A stretch of 64,000 nt of DNA from an uncultured bacterium. Lineage in GTDB: Bacteria; Actinomycetota; Acidimicrobiia; Spongiisociales; UBA5794. The stretch's first letter is position 1. Every line of letters starts with the position of its first letter. Under the pieces are notes generated by a model, which saw only the letters and a program-made list of their open reading frames with translations, was not told the origin of the DNA and did not search any database. Shown here in pieces: positions 46,152-56,068 of the stretch. The stretch lies in contig CAWDDT010000009.1 in the NCBI GenBank assembly GCA_963801165.1, positions 192,001 through 256,000 of the forward strand, written 5' to 3'. A program made the translations under genes and the position numbers.

Positions 46152-47171
46152 CTAGCTCGCTGTGAAACTCGCTACATACGTGTCGAGCTCGGCGAGCAAC
46201 CCCGTTTTTTCCGCCGGTGGGAGAAAGGTCGCCTGCAGCGAGTTGCGGGCGATCGCAACCATCTGGTCCTGCGACAGGTCGAGGGCGCGGTGGGTCTCTG
46301 TGTAGACGGCGCCGACGTAGCCGCCGAAGTAGGCCGGATCGTCCGAATTGATCGAAGCGTTCAGACCGAGATCGAGCATCCGGGGAAGTGGGTGATCTTC
46401 GAGCCGGGCGAAGCCTCCCAGCTTCACGTTGGACAGAGGGCAGACCGTGAGCGGGACCTGTTCGTCCGCGAGCCGGGCGACCAGCTCGTCGTCTCCGAGA
46501 GCGCGGATGCCGTGGTCGATTCTCTCCGCATGGAGCGAATCGAGAGCCCCGGAGACGTATGCGGGCGGTCCCTCCTCGCCGGCATGTGCTACGAGATGCA
46601 GATCCTCTGCCGCCGCCCTGGCAAACACATCGGTGAACAGCTCGGGCGGGAAACCGACCTCGGATGAGTCGAGGCCGACGCCGATGAACTTGTCCCGGAA
46701 GGGCAGGGCGGCCTCGAGCGTCTCCATCGCCGCTGCGGCCGGCAGATGGCGGAGGAAGCACATGATCAAGTCGACGGACATGCCCAAGTCCGCCCTGGCG
46801 GCGTTCACCGCTCCATCCATCCCGCCCAGGCACACCTCAAATGGGATTCCCCGCTCCCTATGGGTCTGTGCGTCGAAGAAGATCTCGGCCCGGCGCACAC
46901 CGTCGGCGGCAGCCCGGCGTAGATAGGCCAGCGTCATGTCGTAGAAGTCGCGCTCGGTCTGCAGCGCGGCGGCGCCGACGTAGTAGATGTCGAGGAATTC
47001 CTGGAGGTTGCCGAACTCGTAGGCAGCCCGCAGCTCTTCCACAGATCGGTGGCTGGTCAGAAGGCCGTTGCGTCCCGCGATCTGGAAGATGAGCTCCGGC
47101 TCGAGCGTCCCCTCGATGTGCACGTGCAGCTCCGCTTTGGGAAGTCCGAGTAGGAACTCATCCGACGGCAT
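46152..47171 (-). CDS. add: Adenosine deaminase-fold enzyme, adenine deaminase type-2 subfamily likely
   Basis: LPKAELHVHIEG, NLQEFLDIYY, GLDSSE, HAGEEG, RIDHG, CPLSN and NSDDPAYF motifs. Confidence 0.85.
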   Translation of the reverse strand: MPSDEFLLGLPKAELHVHIEGTLEPELIFQIAGRNGLLTSHRSVEELRAAYEFGNLQEFLDIYYVGAAALQTERDFYDMTLAYLRRAAADGVRRAEIFFDAQTHRERGIPFEVCLGGMDGAVNAARADLGMSVDLIMCFLRHLPAAAAMETLEAALPFRDKFIGVGLDSSEVGFPPELFTDVFARAAAEDLHLVAHAGEEGPPAYVSGALDSLHAERIDHGIRALGDDELVARLADEQVPLTVCPLSNVKLGGFARLEDHPLPRMLDLGLNASINSDDPAYFGGYVGAVYTETHRALDLSQDQMVAIARNSLQATFLPPAEKTGLLAELDTYVASFTAS

Positions 47172-47258
47172 GCGCCCCCACCTCCTTAGGTATAAGTTTT
47201 CCGATGCTAATCGCGGGATTGCGGTGCCGTTCCGATAAGGTTCGGGTTGGGAGGTGCC

Positions 47259-48176
47259 ATGGCATCCGGTTTCCGATTCTTTGTAGGTCCGTCCCGACAG
47301 TACGGGGCTTTTCGCTGGCGTCTCGATGAGGACGCGCACAAGACCGCGATGCGCGACCTCACCTGGGATTTCGCCGAGCCCGACCAGTATCCCGAGTTGG
47401 TGGCCCGCCAGAAGCCCGGGTTCATGGCGTCCAAGGGGGAGAAGGCATTTCACGATGCGGTGAGTACGGCGGACCCCGACGAGATGCTGCGGGTCGCCGG
47501 GCAGAACCCCAAGTACATCGCGGCCGCCAACGTCATCTCGGGTCTGCTCACGCTGGAGATGTCGTTGCATCGAGGCATGGAGCTGCTGCAGACCGCACTC
47601 GGGGCGGGTGACATAGGAAAGGACCACTTCGTCCACAAGTACCTTCCGGAGGCCGGGCTCAGCGTTGTTATCGCGGAGGGTCTGATGGTGCGGCTGCCCT
47701 TGCAGCGCAACGCTATCGTCCTGCTGCTCGCCGAGCTGTTCCAGGCAGAGGGACGTGCCGGCGAGGCGCTTGCGCTGCTCGATGGAGCTGAGCCGACTAC
47801 CCACATCCTGCTCTCCAAGACCGAGCTGCTCTACCAGGACGGACGATACGACGACGTTGTTGCCGCGACGGAAGGCGTGGTCAACGACGACGACTTCACC
47901 GCACTACGCCTTGCGTACCGGGGACGCGCTCTTGCGGAGCTCGGTCGCGCCGACGAGGCCGTCTCCGTGTTCGCCCGGGTCCTCGAATATCCGAACCGGG
48001 CACCGTCGGTCAAGGTGCTGGCACTGGTGGGTCGGGGGATGATCAACCAGGCTCGCGGCGAGCTGATCCTGGCCGAGAATGACTTCACCAGGGCTCTCAT
48101 CGAGATCCCCGACGATGCCGAAGCGCGGCGTCACGTCGAGGCCCTCATGAGGCATCAGGGGGAGCAGGGAGGCTAG
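47259..48176 (+). CDS. Tetratricopeptide-repeat protein
   Basis: Helical repeats (LAELFQAEGRAGEA, YRGRALAELGRADEA, GRGMINQARGE..LAENDF) after a GGAGG RBS. Confidence 0.75.
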   Translation: MASGFRFFVGPSRQYGAFRWRLDEDAHKTAMRDLTWDFAEPDQYPELVARQKPGFMASKGEKAFHDAVSTADPDEMLRVAGQNPKYIAAANVISGLLTLEMSLHRGMELLQTALGAGDIGKDHFVHKYLPEAGLSVVIAEGLMVRLPLQRNAIVLLLAELFQAEGRAGEALALLDGAEPTTHILLSKTELLYQDGRYDDVVAATEGVVNDDDFTALRLAYRGRALAELGRADEAVSVFARVLEYPNRAPSVKVLALVGRGMINQARGELILAENDFTRALIEIPDDAEARRHVEALMRHQGEQGG

Positions 48177-48233
48177 GGATATCGGTTACCCTGCTTGCGT
48201 TTCCCGGCGCATGAGTGTGAGGAGAGGCGCGTC

Positions 48234-49904
48234 TTGCAGGATCATCCCATCTACAAACTGAGTAGCGATATCGTCGACGAGCTGGCCGCGTCGTTCCCCG
48301 ATGTTGCCACCGAGATAGGTATTGCAGGTCACGACGATCGCTGGACAGACCTGAGCCCCGAAGGGTCGGAGGAGATTGTCCGCAAGCTGCGTGTTCTCAG
48401 ACGCAAGGTCGACGCGCTTCCGGAGCCGCAGGACGATTGGGCCCGCCTCGCCATCGAGCTCGCCGAAGAGACCCTCGACGACGAAGCGTCCTTCTTCGAG
48501 TGGGGCGATCACTTGCGCAACCTCAACCCGATCGCATCGGCCCTGCAGTCGTTGCGCGAGGTCTGGGACCACATGGGGACAGAGACAGACGAGGATTGGA
48601 CCAACATCGTCTACCGGCTGGAGCGGCTCCCGGACGCCATCGAAGGCTACCGGGCCAGCCTCGACGAGGGCCGGCGCCAGGGTTTGGCGGTGGCCGAGCG
48701 CCAGGTCCGCTCCGCCGTCGAGCAATGCCGGGTGAGTGCCTCCGGAGACTCGCGGCTGACCCGGCTCCTGGCCACTCACGAGGAGGCCAACGGGGCGAGC
48801 ACCATGCAAGTGAGACTCGAGCAGGCCGTCACCGACGCTCGGGCCGCCTACGCCGAGCTCGGCGATTACCTGGCGTACACCTATGCGACCGATGCGGCGG
48901 ACAAAGACGCCGTCGGTGAGGAGAGGTACATACGGGCGGCTCACAAGTTCCTCGGTCTCGATATCGATCCGGTCGCCACCTATGAGTGGGGCTGGGAGCA
49001 GGTCGCCGATCTGTCGGCCCGGATGAGAGCCGTCGCAGCCGAGATCCTTCCCGGGGCGTCGATGGCCGATGTGGATCGGCTGCTGCGCACCGACAGCGCC
49101 CGCACGGTTCCTACCCCGGATGCTCTCGCTGCTTTCGTTCAAGAGCGGCTCGACGACGCCCTCGACCGTCTCGCCGGAAGTCACTTCGACGTGCCCGAAC
49201 CGATCCGAACGGTCACCGTGAATATCGCACCACCCGGCGGCTCCCTAGGGGCGTACTACGTCGGACCGTCCGAGGACTTCACCCGGCCGGGCAGCGTGTG
49301 GTGGTCGCTGACGCCGCAGGGCCCGTACCCCGTATTCGACGAGGTGTCGACCGCATATCACGAGGGGTTCCCCGGTCATCATCTCCAAATCGGTGTTCAG
49401 ATGGGTCTTGCGGACAAGCTGTCCAGGTTGCACCGGCTCTGGGTGTGGAAGCCGGGCTCGGGGGAAGGCTGGGCCCTGTACGCCGAGCGGTTCATGAACG
49501 AGCTCGGGTTCTTTGAGAAACCCGACTACGTGCTCGGCTGGTTGTCGGGTCAGATGCTGCGGGCGTGCCGGGTCGTCATCGACATCGGCTCACATCTCGA
49601 GCTGCCGATCCCGGTGGGACAGCCATTCCATCCCGGGGACTCGTGGACCTTCGATACCGCGGTGCAGATGCTGGTTGAGTACGCCGCGCTCGCCAAACCG
49701 TACGCCGAGTCCGAGGTCACCCGCTACCTGGGCTGGCCCGGCCAGGCGATCGCCTACAAGGTTGGCGAGAATGCCATCCTCGAGATGAGGCGCGACGCCG
49801 AGGTACGGCTGGGGTCGGGCTTCGACACGAAAGCGTTTCACGCCCGGCTGCTCGAAGTGGGTCCCGTCGGTCTGGACTTGCTGCGCAAGGAAGTCGCCCG
49901 GTAG
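48234..49904 (+). CDS. DUF885 family putative metallopeptidase
   Basis: YHEGFPGHHLQ, EGWALYAE, RACRVVID and RY..WPGQA..YKVG motifs. Confidence 0.9.
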   Translation: MQDHPIYKLSSDIVDELAASFPDVATEIGIAGHDDRWTDLSPEGSEEIVRKLRVLRRKVDALPEPQDDWARLAIELAEETLDDEASFFEWGDHLRNLNPIASALQSLREVWDHMGTETDEDWTNIVYRLERLPDAIEGYRASLDEGRRQGLAVAERQVRSAVEQCRVSASGDSRLTRLLATHEEANGASTMQVRLEQAVTDARAAYAELGDYLAYTYATDAADKDAVGEERYIRAAHKFLGLDIDPVATYEWGWEQVADLSARMRAVAAEILPGASMADVDRLLRTDSARTVPTPDALAAFVQERLDDALDRLAGSHFDVPEPIRTVTVNIAPPGGSLGAYYVGPSEDFTRPGSVWWSLTPQGPYPVFDEVSTAYHEGFPGHHLQIGVQMGLADKLSRLHRLWVWKPGSGEGWALYAERFMNELGFFEKPDYVLGWLSGQMLRACRVVIDIGSHLELPIPVGQPFHPGDSWTFDTAVQMLVEYAALAKPYAESEVTRYLGWPGQAIAYKVGENAILEMRRDAEVRLGSGFDTKAFHARLLEVGPVGLDLLRKEVAR

Positions 49905-49976
49905 CGATCCACCCGATCTGCAACCGGTTCGGTACGCCCGGGGTTCTTTCGGGTGTAACGGAATGTGGGAAGGCTG

Positions 49977-50528
49977 ATGACGAGCACTGCACTCAACCGG
50001 CGGCTGAGCACCGACCTCGACAACACGTTTCCGGGCTTCATGGCCGAGATGCAAGGTGCCGTGTTCAACGGTGCCCGGCGCTGGTTGCCGACCCGGCAGG
50101 ACGCCGAGGACGTCACCCAGGAGGTCTTTGTCCGCGCCTATATGGCGCTCCAAGGGTATCCACCCGAGCAGATCGCCGGGCTGCGGCTACGGCCATGGTT
50201 GTTTGCGATAACGCTCAACCTGTGCCGCAACCAGGCCCGCGCCAGGAGCCGGCGTCCGGTACAGGTAGCCCTCGGGCACACCGACGATGCCGCGCCCGAC
50301 GGCACCGAACAGAGCGCCATCGACGGTCTGGCCGTAGATGAATGGCGGCGACGCCTCACCCGGCTAACGGGCCGGCAGCGTGACGCCATCGTGCTCCGGC
50401 ACGTTGTAGAGATGTCGTACCAGGAGATCAGCGAAGTGCTAGGGCGGCCCGCAGGAACCGTCAAGTCCGACGTGCACCGCGGTCTGGAACGGCTGCGCGC
50501 CATCATCGACTCAGAGGAATTGTCATGA
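49977..50528 (+). CDS. ECF (sigma-70 group 4) sigma factor
   Basis: Region 2 DAEDVTQEVF and WLFAITLN.CRN; region 4 SYQEISEVLGRPAGTVKS..HRG. Confidence 0.92.
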   Translation: MTSTALNRRLSTDLDNTFPGFMAEMQGAVFNGARRWLPTRQDAEDVTQEVFVRAYMALQGYPPEQIAGLRLRPWLFAITLNLCRNQARARSRRPVQVALGHTDDAAPDGTEQSAIDGLAVDEWRRRLTRLTGRQRDAIVLRHVVEMSYQEISEVLGRPAGTVKSDVHRGLERLRAIIDSEELS

Positions 50529-51280
50529 CTACACAAGAGCAGATCCTGCGCACGCTATCGCAGCAAGAAGAGCCCCCGGAGTCCATCGCTCGCGATGTGC
50601 TGGTGCGTACCGCGCTGGCCGACTTGTACACCTTGGTGGACGGTCCGGTCGGCCCCGTGTATGTGTCGTTCACGCCGATCGGGGTGTCCTCGATCGTGCC
50701 GACCGAGGACGAGAGTCGGTTCCTCACCGACCACATGAACCGGGTGGGTCGCAACGCGTACCCGGGCGACCTACCCGTCAAACTTGCCGTGCGGCTCGCC
50801 CGGGTTTTCGAGACCGGCCGGCTGGGCACGCTCCCCGTCGACCTGCGGGTGTTGACGGACTTTCAGCGCCACGTGCTCGAAGTGACCGCCTCTATCCCAC
50901 CCGGGCAGGTACGGCCTTATGGCTGGGTCGCCAGGGAGATGGGCAAAGACAAGGCGGTTCGTGCGGTCGGGTCGGCGCTCGCCCGCAACCCGGTTCCGAT
51001 CGCCATCCCGTGCCATCGGGTGGTGAGAAGCGACGGGAGCCTCGGCAACTACGCCTTTGGTGCGCCGCTCAAGCGCACGCTTCTCCAGCACGAGGGCATG
51101 ACTGAGTTCGACGAGGACGCCTACACCGGCTGCACCACGACCGGCATTTATTGTTTCGCAACCTGTAGCCATGCCCGCCGCGTGGCTCCTCGCAATCGGG
51201 TTGCCTTCACCAATCCGAGACAGGCCGAGAACGCCGGATACCGCGGCTGCAAGGTGTGCCGACCGGCACCGGCTCAGTAG
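50525..51280 (+). CDS. ogt: O6-alkylguanine-DNA alkyltransferase with C-terminal Ada Zn-binding domain
   Basis: IPPGQVRPYG, RAVGSALARNP and IPCHRVV, followed by TTGIYC..TC...GYRGCKVCRP; ATGA-coupled to the ECF gene. Confidence 0.88.
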   Translation: MTTQEQILRTLSQQEEPPESIARDVLVRTALADLYTLVDGPVGPVYVSFTPIGVSSIVPTEDESRFLTDHMNRVGRNAYPGDLPVKLAVRLARVFETGRLGTLPVDLRVLTDFQRHVLEVTASIPPGQVRPYGWVAREMGKDKAVRAVGSALARNPVPIAIPCHRVVRSDGSLGNYAFGAPLKRTLLQHEGMTEFDEDAYTGCTTTGIYCFATCSHARRVAPRNRVAFTNPRQAENAGYRGCKVCRPAPAQ

Positions 51281-51493
51281 CGGCGCTGCCAGAGCATGCC
51301 GACGACAGCGCCGATCCCGGCGCCCACTCCGATCCAAATCGGATTGTCCGACCCCGCGAAGAGGGCAGTGCCGATGCCCGCCCGATAGCAATCGCGCTTC
51401 CCAAGATCAGGTTGCGCCCCTGCGGGTTGTTCTGATCCGCCATAGTCGAACGGTAGACGATCTCTTGATGGCCAATCCAGTTAGATTTGTCGG

Positions 51494-53206
51494 ATGGACT
51501 CCGAGCAGCTCATCGAGACGATCCGGGAGTCGGTCATCGGCAAGGACGAGGTGGTCGACGGGCCGTTCGGCCCGCGCAAGGTCACCTATGCCGACTACAC
51601 AGCATCGGGGAGGTCGCTGACCTTCATCGAGGATTACATCCGCGAGGCGGTCATGCCGTTGTACGCCAACACCCACACCGAGTCCTCAGGGACGGGGCTG
51701 CAGACGTCCCGTTTTCGTGAGGAGGCCCGGGGCATCATCCGCCGCTGTGTCGGCGCCGGCGACGACCATGCTGTGTTGTTCTGCGGTTCGGGGATGACGG
51801 GGGCGATTGACCGTCTGATCCATGTGCTCGGGATCCGCATCCCCGACAACCTCGAGGATCGGTACCGGCTTTCGCAGTACATCCCACCCGACGAGCGACC
51901 GGTCGTCTTCATCGGCCCTTACGAGCACCACTCCAACGAGCTGCCCTGGCGTGAGTCCATCGCCGACGTCGTCACCATCCCCGAGGATGCCGACGGCCAT
52001 ATCGACCTGGCGCGTCTCGAGGATGAGCTGACGCACTACGCAAACCGGGAGGTCAAGATCGGGTCGTTCTCGGCGGCGTCGAACGTGACCGGGATAATCT
52101 CGGACGTCCAGCCGATCTCGATACTGCTGCACCGTCACGGTGCACTGTCTTTCTGGGATTTTGCCGCTGCGGCGCCGTATGTCGACATCGACATGAACCC
52201 GCCCGCCAACGGTCCGGATGCAGGCCTCGCCTACAAGGACGCCATCTACCTGTCGCCGCACAAGTTCATCGGCGGGCCGGGCACTCCCGGTGTACTGGTA
52301 GCCCGCAAAGAGCTGTTCACCAACCGGGTTCCCGCAGTGCCGGGGGGTGGCACCGTTGCCTACGTCAATCCGGTCGAGCACCGCTACCTGAGCGACATCG
52401 AGCACCGGGAGGAGGGGGGAACACCGGCCATCATCGAATCGATCCGTGCCGGCATGGTGTTCCAGTTGAAGAGAGCCGTTGGCGTCGCTGCCATAAAGGC
52501 TCGCGAGGAGGACATGACCGGCCGGGCGATCGCTTCTTGGTCGGCGAATCGCCACATCGAGATCCTCGGCAACCCCAGGGCCGACCGGCTGTCCATTGTC
52601 TCTTTTGTGGTTCGGTACGGCGACCGTTACCTGCATCACAACTTCGTCGTTGCCCTGCTCAATGATCTGTTCGGTATCCAGTCGCGAGGCGGCTGCTCCT
52701 GCGCCGGTCCCTACGGTCACAGGCTGCTCGGGATCGATCTCGACAAGTCGCGCGAGTTCGAGCGGGAGATCGCCAGGGGGTGTGAAGGCATCAAGCCGGG
52801 CTGGGTGCGGGTCAACTTCAACTACTTCATCTCCGACCAGGTGCGTGCCTTCATCCTTGATGCGGTCCATTTTGTCGCCGTCGAGGGGTGGCGGTTTCTG
52901 CCCTACTACCGGTTCGATCCGCAGAGTGCGCTGTGGCGGCATCGCCAACCCCTGGCCGAGCCGCCCCTCAGCCTCGACGACATCGACTACTCATCGGGGG
53001 AGATGGCGTACCGGCGCCGACCCAAGTTCCATTCCGATGATGCTCTTGCCGGCTACATCGAGGAAGCACGCAAGATCGTTGCCGGGTTGGAGGATGCCGA
53101 GGCCCCGGAGCCGCTCGGGGCGCCGGTGGTCACGGCCGACTTCGAGCATCTGCGCTGGTTTCCTTTCCCGGACGAGCTGCGCGGCGTGGTGCGGGTGACT
53201 GAATGA
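51494..53206 (+). CDS. Class V PLP enzyme, cysteine desulfurase-like
   Basis: YADYTASG, EHHSN, WDFAA, SPHKF, EGGTP and RGGCSCAGPY motifs. Confidence 0.85.
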   Translation: MDSEQLIETIRESVIGKDEVVDGPFGPRKVTYADYTASGRSLTFIEDYIREAVMPLYANTHTESSGTGLQTSRFREEARGIIRRCVGAGDDHAVLFCGSGMTGAIDRLIHVLGIRIPDNLEDRYRLSQYIPPDERPVVFIGPYEHHSNELPWRESIADVVTIPEDADGHIDLARLEDELTHYANREVKIGSFSAASNVTGIISDVQPISILLHRHGALSFWDFAAAAPYVDIDMNPPANGPDAGLAYKDAIYLSPHKFIGGPGTPGVLVARKELFTNRVPAVPGGGTVAYVNPVEHRYLSDIEHREEGGTPAIIESIRAGMVFQLKRAVGVAAIKAREEDMTGRAIASWSANRHIEILGNPRADRLSIVSFVVRYGDRYLHHNFVVALLNDLFGIQSRGGCSCAGPYGHRLLGIDLDKSREFEREIARGCEGIKPGWVRVNFNYFISDQVRAFILDAVHFVAVEGWRFLPYYRFDPQSALWRHRQPLAEPPLSLDDIDYSSGEMAYRRRPKFHSDDALAGYIEEARKIVAGLEDAEAPEPLGAPVVTADFEHLRWFPFPDELRGVVRVTE

Positions 53207-54102
53207 CCGCGGTTCCCGACTGGTTCTACCGGGCGATGGCCACCCCGTTCGACGAGCGGTCGATCGATGTGGATGGGGTACCGGTCCATTACCTCGAGTG
53301 GGGCGAGCGCGGCCGTCCCGGGTTGGTTCTCGTCCACGGCGGGGCGGCCCATGCCCACTGGTGGACCCATCTCGCCCCGATGTTCGCAGAAGACTGGCAT
53401 GTGGTCGCTCCGGACCTGTCCGGCCACGGTGACAGCGGGTGGCGGTCCGACTATTCGCATCGGGCGTGGGCCCGCGAAGTGATGACGGTTGCCGACGACG
53501 CCGGTTTCCCCGGGCCGCCGGTTATGGTCGGTCACAGCCTCGGGGGAATGGTGACCATCCAGACGGCTTCCGACTACGGCGACCGGCTGCGGGGAGCGGT
53601 CCTCGTTGACACCCCGGTGCGCCGGCCCGCCCCCGAGTCCGAGGAGGGCAGCCGCGGCCAAGCATTCAAGGCGCCCGGCACCTATCCGGACATCGAGACG
53701 GCCCTGCACCACTACCGTCTGATCCCACCCCAACCGTGTGACAACGACTTCATCGTCGATCACATCGCCAGGCATTCCCTGCGGGAGACCGACGACGGGT
53801 GGACGTGGAAATTCGATCCGACGCTATTCCAACACACACTTGTCTCATTGCGCGACCAACTGGCAAGCGTCAAGTGCCGGGTTGCGCTGTTTCGCGGACA
53901 GCACTCGGTGACCGTACCCGAGGACACCGCCTGGTACATGTACGAGCTTATGGATCGCAATGCACCGGTGGTCACCATCCCCGAGGCGCATCACCATCTC
54001 ATCCTCGACCAACCACTCGCCTTCGTCGCAGCTCTGCGAACCCTGCTCGCCGACTGGGACCACTCGGTCCCGCGGAGGAGATCCCTGGCCGAGGGTGGCT
54101 GA
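53203..54102 (+). CDS. Alpha/beta hydrolase
   Basis: HGG oxyanion motif, DLSGHGDS, GHSLGG nucleophile and AHHH. Confidence 0.9.
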   Translation: MTAVPDWFYRAMATPFDERSIDVDGVPVHYLEWGERGRPGLVLVHGGAAHAHWWTHLAPMFAEDWHVVAPDLSGHGDSGWRSDYSHRAWAREVMTVADDAGFPGPPVMVGHSLGGMVTIQTASDYGDRLRGAVLVDTPVRRPAPESEEGSRGQAFKAPGTYPDIETALHHYRLIPPQPCDNDFIVDHIARHSLRETDDGWTWKFDPTLFQHTLVSLRDQLASVKCRVALFRGQHSVTVPEDTAWYMYELMDRNAPVVTIPEAHHHLILDQPLAFVAALRTLLADWDHSVPRRRSLAEGG

Positions 54103-54108
54103 CTCTCC

Positions 54109-55323
54109 CTAGAACTCCTGCAACCCTGCCGGTGGCGGGGTGGGCGGGTTCGGATCGAGCGGGATCCATATCGTGAATGTGGACCCGCCCGTCTCCCGGG
54201 CGGCGACCCTCGCCCGGCCGCCGTGGGCGGCGGCAACGTCTTGGACAATCGCCAACCCGAGGCCGAGATGAGAGTCGTCGGCTCCGCTCGCCGCCCCACG
54301 TTGATATCTCTCGAAGACGCGATCGGCCATCTCGGGTTCGATCCCGGGTCCTTCGTCGGAGACCCCGAGCCAGGCCCAGCGGTTCCGCCGGCCGGAGCCC
54401 ACACGCACTGCCGCCCGCGACGGGGAGAGCCGGATCGCATTGTCAACGAGGTTGCTCAGGGCCCGCTTCAGCGCCCCTCGATCGCCGGTGACGGTCACAG
54501 GGTCGCCCGAGATGGCGGTCATCGAGACCGAGCGGGCAACGCCGCTTGCCGTCATTTCGGTCACCACCTCCGCCACCAACTGGTCGAGGTCGACCATCTC
54601 ACGGGCCACGACCCGTTGCCGTTGCCGTGCCGTTGCCAGCAGATCGTCGACGAGCTCCGACATGCGTCCGGAGGTGCGCCTGATGATCTCGCCGGTGTGA
54701 CGCCAATCGGATGAGGTCGCCTCGGGATCCTGGAGGGCGACTTCGACGTTGGTCTGGATGACGGCCAGCGGGTTGCGCAGGTCGTGCGACACGTCTGCGA
54801 TGAACTCCCGCTGCCGTGCGAAACCCTGGTCGAGCCGGTCCAGCATCTGATCGAACGTGTCGGCGAGCCGCCGCAACTCGTCGGGGGGACCGCTGAGACC
54901 GATGCGGCGGGACAGATCGGTGGACTGGATGTCGCGAGCAACGTCTGTGATCTGGTGGATGGGACGCAGGGATCTACCGGCGACGAACCAGCCGATCAGC
55001 AAGCTGATGCAGAACAGCACACCGAGAGCGATGAAGGAGTACGCCGAGAGACGTGCCAGTGTCTGTTCGTTGACCAGCCGCTCCAGGCTCTCCACCTCGG
55101 TCAACTGCAGCTGGGCGAGCGTGACGATCTGCCCGTTGCGAATGGTGTAGGTGGGGGAGACGAGCAGCTGGTTGAACACCGGCTGGCGTTCCAGCGCCAT
55201 CTTCAACCCGAAGTAGATCGCGCCGACTACGAGTGCGCTGGCGCCGAAGAGCAAGCCCGAATAGAGCAGCGACAACCGGAACCGGATCGACTGCATCCAC
55301 AGGGGACGATGCAGACGGCTCAT
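54109..55323 (-). CDS. HAMP sensor histidine kinase (CutS-like)
   Basis: Two TMs, HAMP (GPPDEL), SHDLRNP, NLVDNA, DEGPGI and GLGLAI. Confidence 0.9.
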   Translation of the reverse strand: MSRLHRPLWMQSIRFRLSLLYSGLLFGASALVVGAIYFGLKMALERQPVFNQLLVSPTYTIRNGQIVTLAQLQLTEVESLERLVNEQTLARLSAYSFIALGVLFCISLLIGWFVAGRSLRPIHQITDVARDIQSTDLSRRIGLSGPPDELRRLADTFDQMLDRLDQGFARQREFIADVSHDLRNPLAVIQTNVEVALQDPEATSSDWRHTGEIIRRTSGRMSELVDDLLATARQRQRVVAREMVDLDQLVAEVVTEMTASGVARSVSMTAISGDPVTVTGDRGALKRALSNLVDNAIRLSPSRAAVRVGSGRRNRWAWLGVSDEGPGIEPEMADRVFERYQRGAASGADDSHLGLGLAIVQDVAAAHGGRARVAARETGGSTFTIWIPLDPNPPTPPPAGLQEF

Positions 55324-56012
55324 GCCGGTTCCCGCAGCCGGTATCCGATCCCGGCGACGGTTTCCACCAGCTGCTCGGCGCCGGCGGCGTTCAGCTTCCT
55401 ACGCAGGTTGGCGATGGTCACCCGGACGGTGTTGGTGAAAGGATCGGCGTACTCGTCCCACACGTGTTCGAGCAGGGTCTCCTGCGAGAGCACCTCGCCC
55501 GGGTGAATCATGAAGAAGCGCAGCAGCGCAAACTCCTTGGGCGTCAGCCCGAGATCAGCACCGGCGTAGTCGGCCTCGTGTCTGGCATCGTCGAGGACGA
55601 GGTCACCGACCTTCAAACTCGCTCCTCCGGACGCTCCCTCCCGGCGTAGCAGGGCCCTGACTCGGGCGGCCAGCTCTCCGAAAGCGAAGGGCTTGACCAG
55701 GTAGTCATCCGCCCCGGCATCGAGACCGGAAATCCGGTCAGCAATCGCGTCGCGGGCGGTCAGCATCAGCACCCGGGGCGGCGGTGCGGTGTCGATGACG
55801 ACCTCGCCGCGCCGAATCATCCCGCAGATGGACCAACCATCGATGTCGGGGAGGTTCCAATCGAGGCAAACGAGGTCGTACTCGTTGCCGCTCAGCCGAT
55901 CGATGGCAGACCGGCCGTCGTAAGCAACGTCCACCGCATAGTGCTCGCGACGCAACCCCCTGGCGATGGCGTCGGCCAGGTCGGTCTCGTCCTCGACAAC
56001 CAACAAGCGCAC
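55320..56012 (-). CDS. OmpR-family response regulator (CutR-like)
   Basis: VVEDE, LDWNLP, GADDYLVKPF and VWDEYADPFTNTVRVTI..LRRKL. Confidence 0.9.
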   Translation of the reverse strand: MRLLVVEDETDLADAIARGLRREHYAVDVAYDGRSAIDRLSGNEYDLVCLDWNLPDIDGWSICGMIRRGEVVIDTAPPPRVLMLTARDAIADRISGLDAGADDYLVKPFAFGELAARVRALLRREGASGGASLKVGDLVLDDARHEADYAGADLGLTPKEFALLRFFMIHPGEVLSQETLLEHVWDEYADPFTNTVRVTIANLRRKLNAAGAEQLVETVAGIGYRLREPA

Positions 56013-56068
56013 ACCCGGCAAAATAGCGCCCCGCCCGTTATCGCATGCCGTGTCTCCGGGCGAAGTCC

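Noticed and set aside
46152-47804. Long N-terminal extensions in the ORF track (deaminase, Wzy-like, GNAT, Mo subunit, BMP, SDR, tam, dinB)
   Set aside because: The extensions overlap neighbouring genes; family N-termini, RBSs and stop/start overlaps point to downstream starts.
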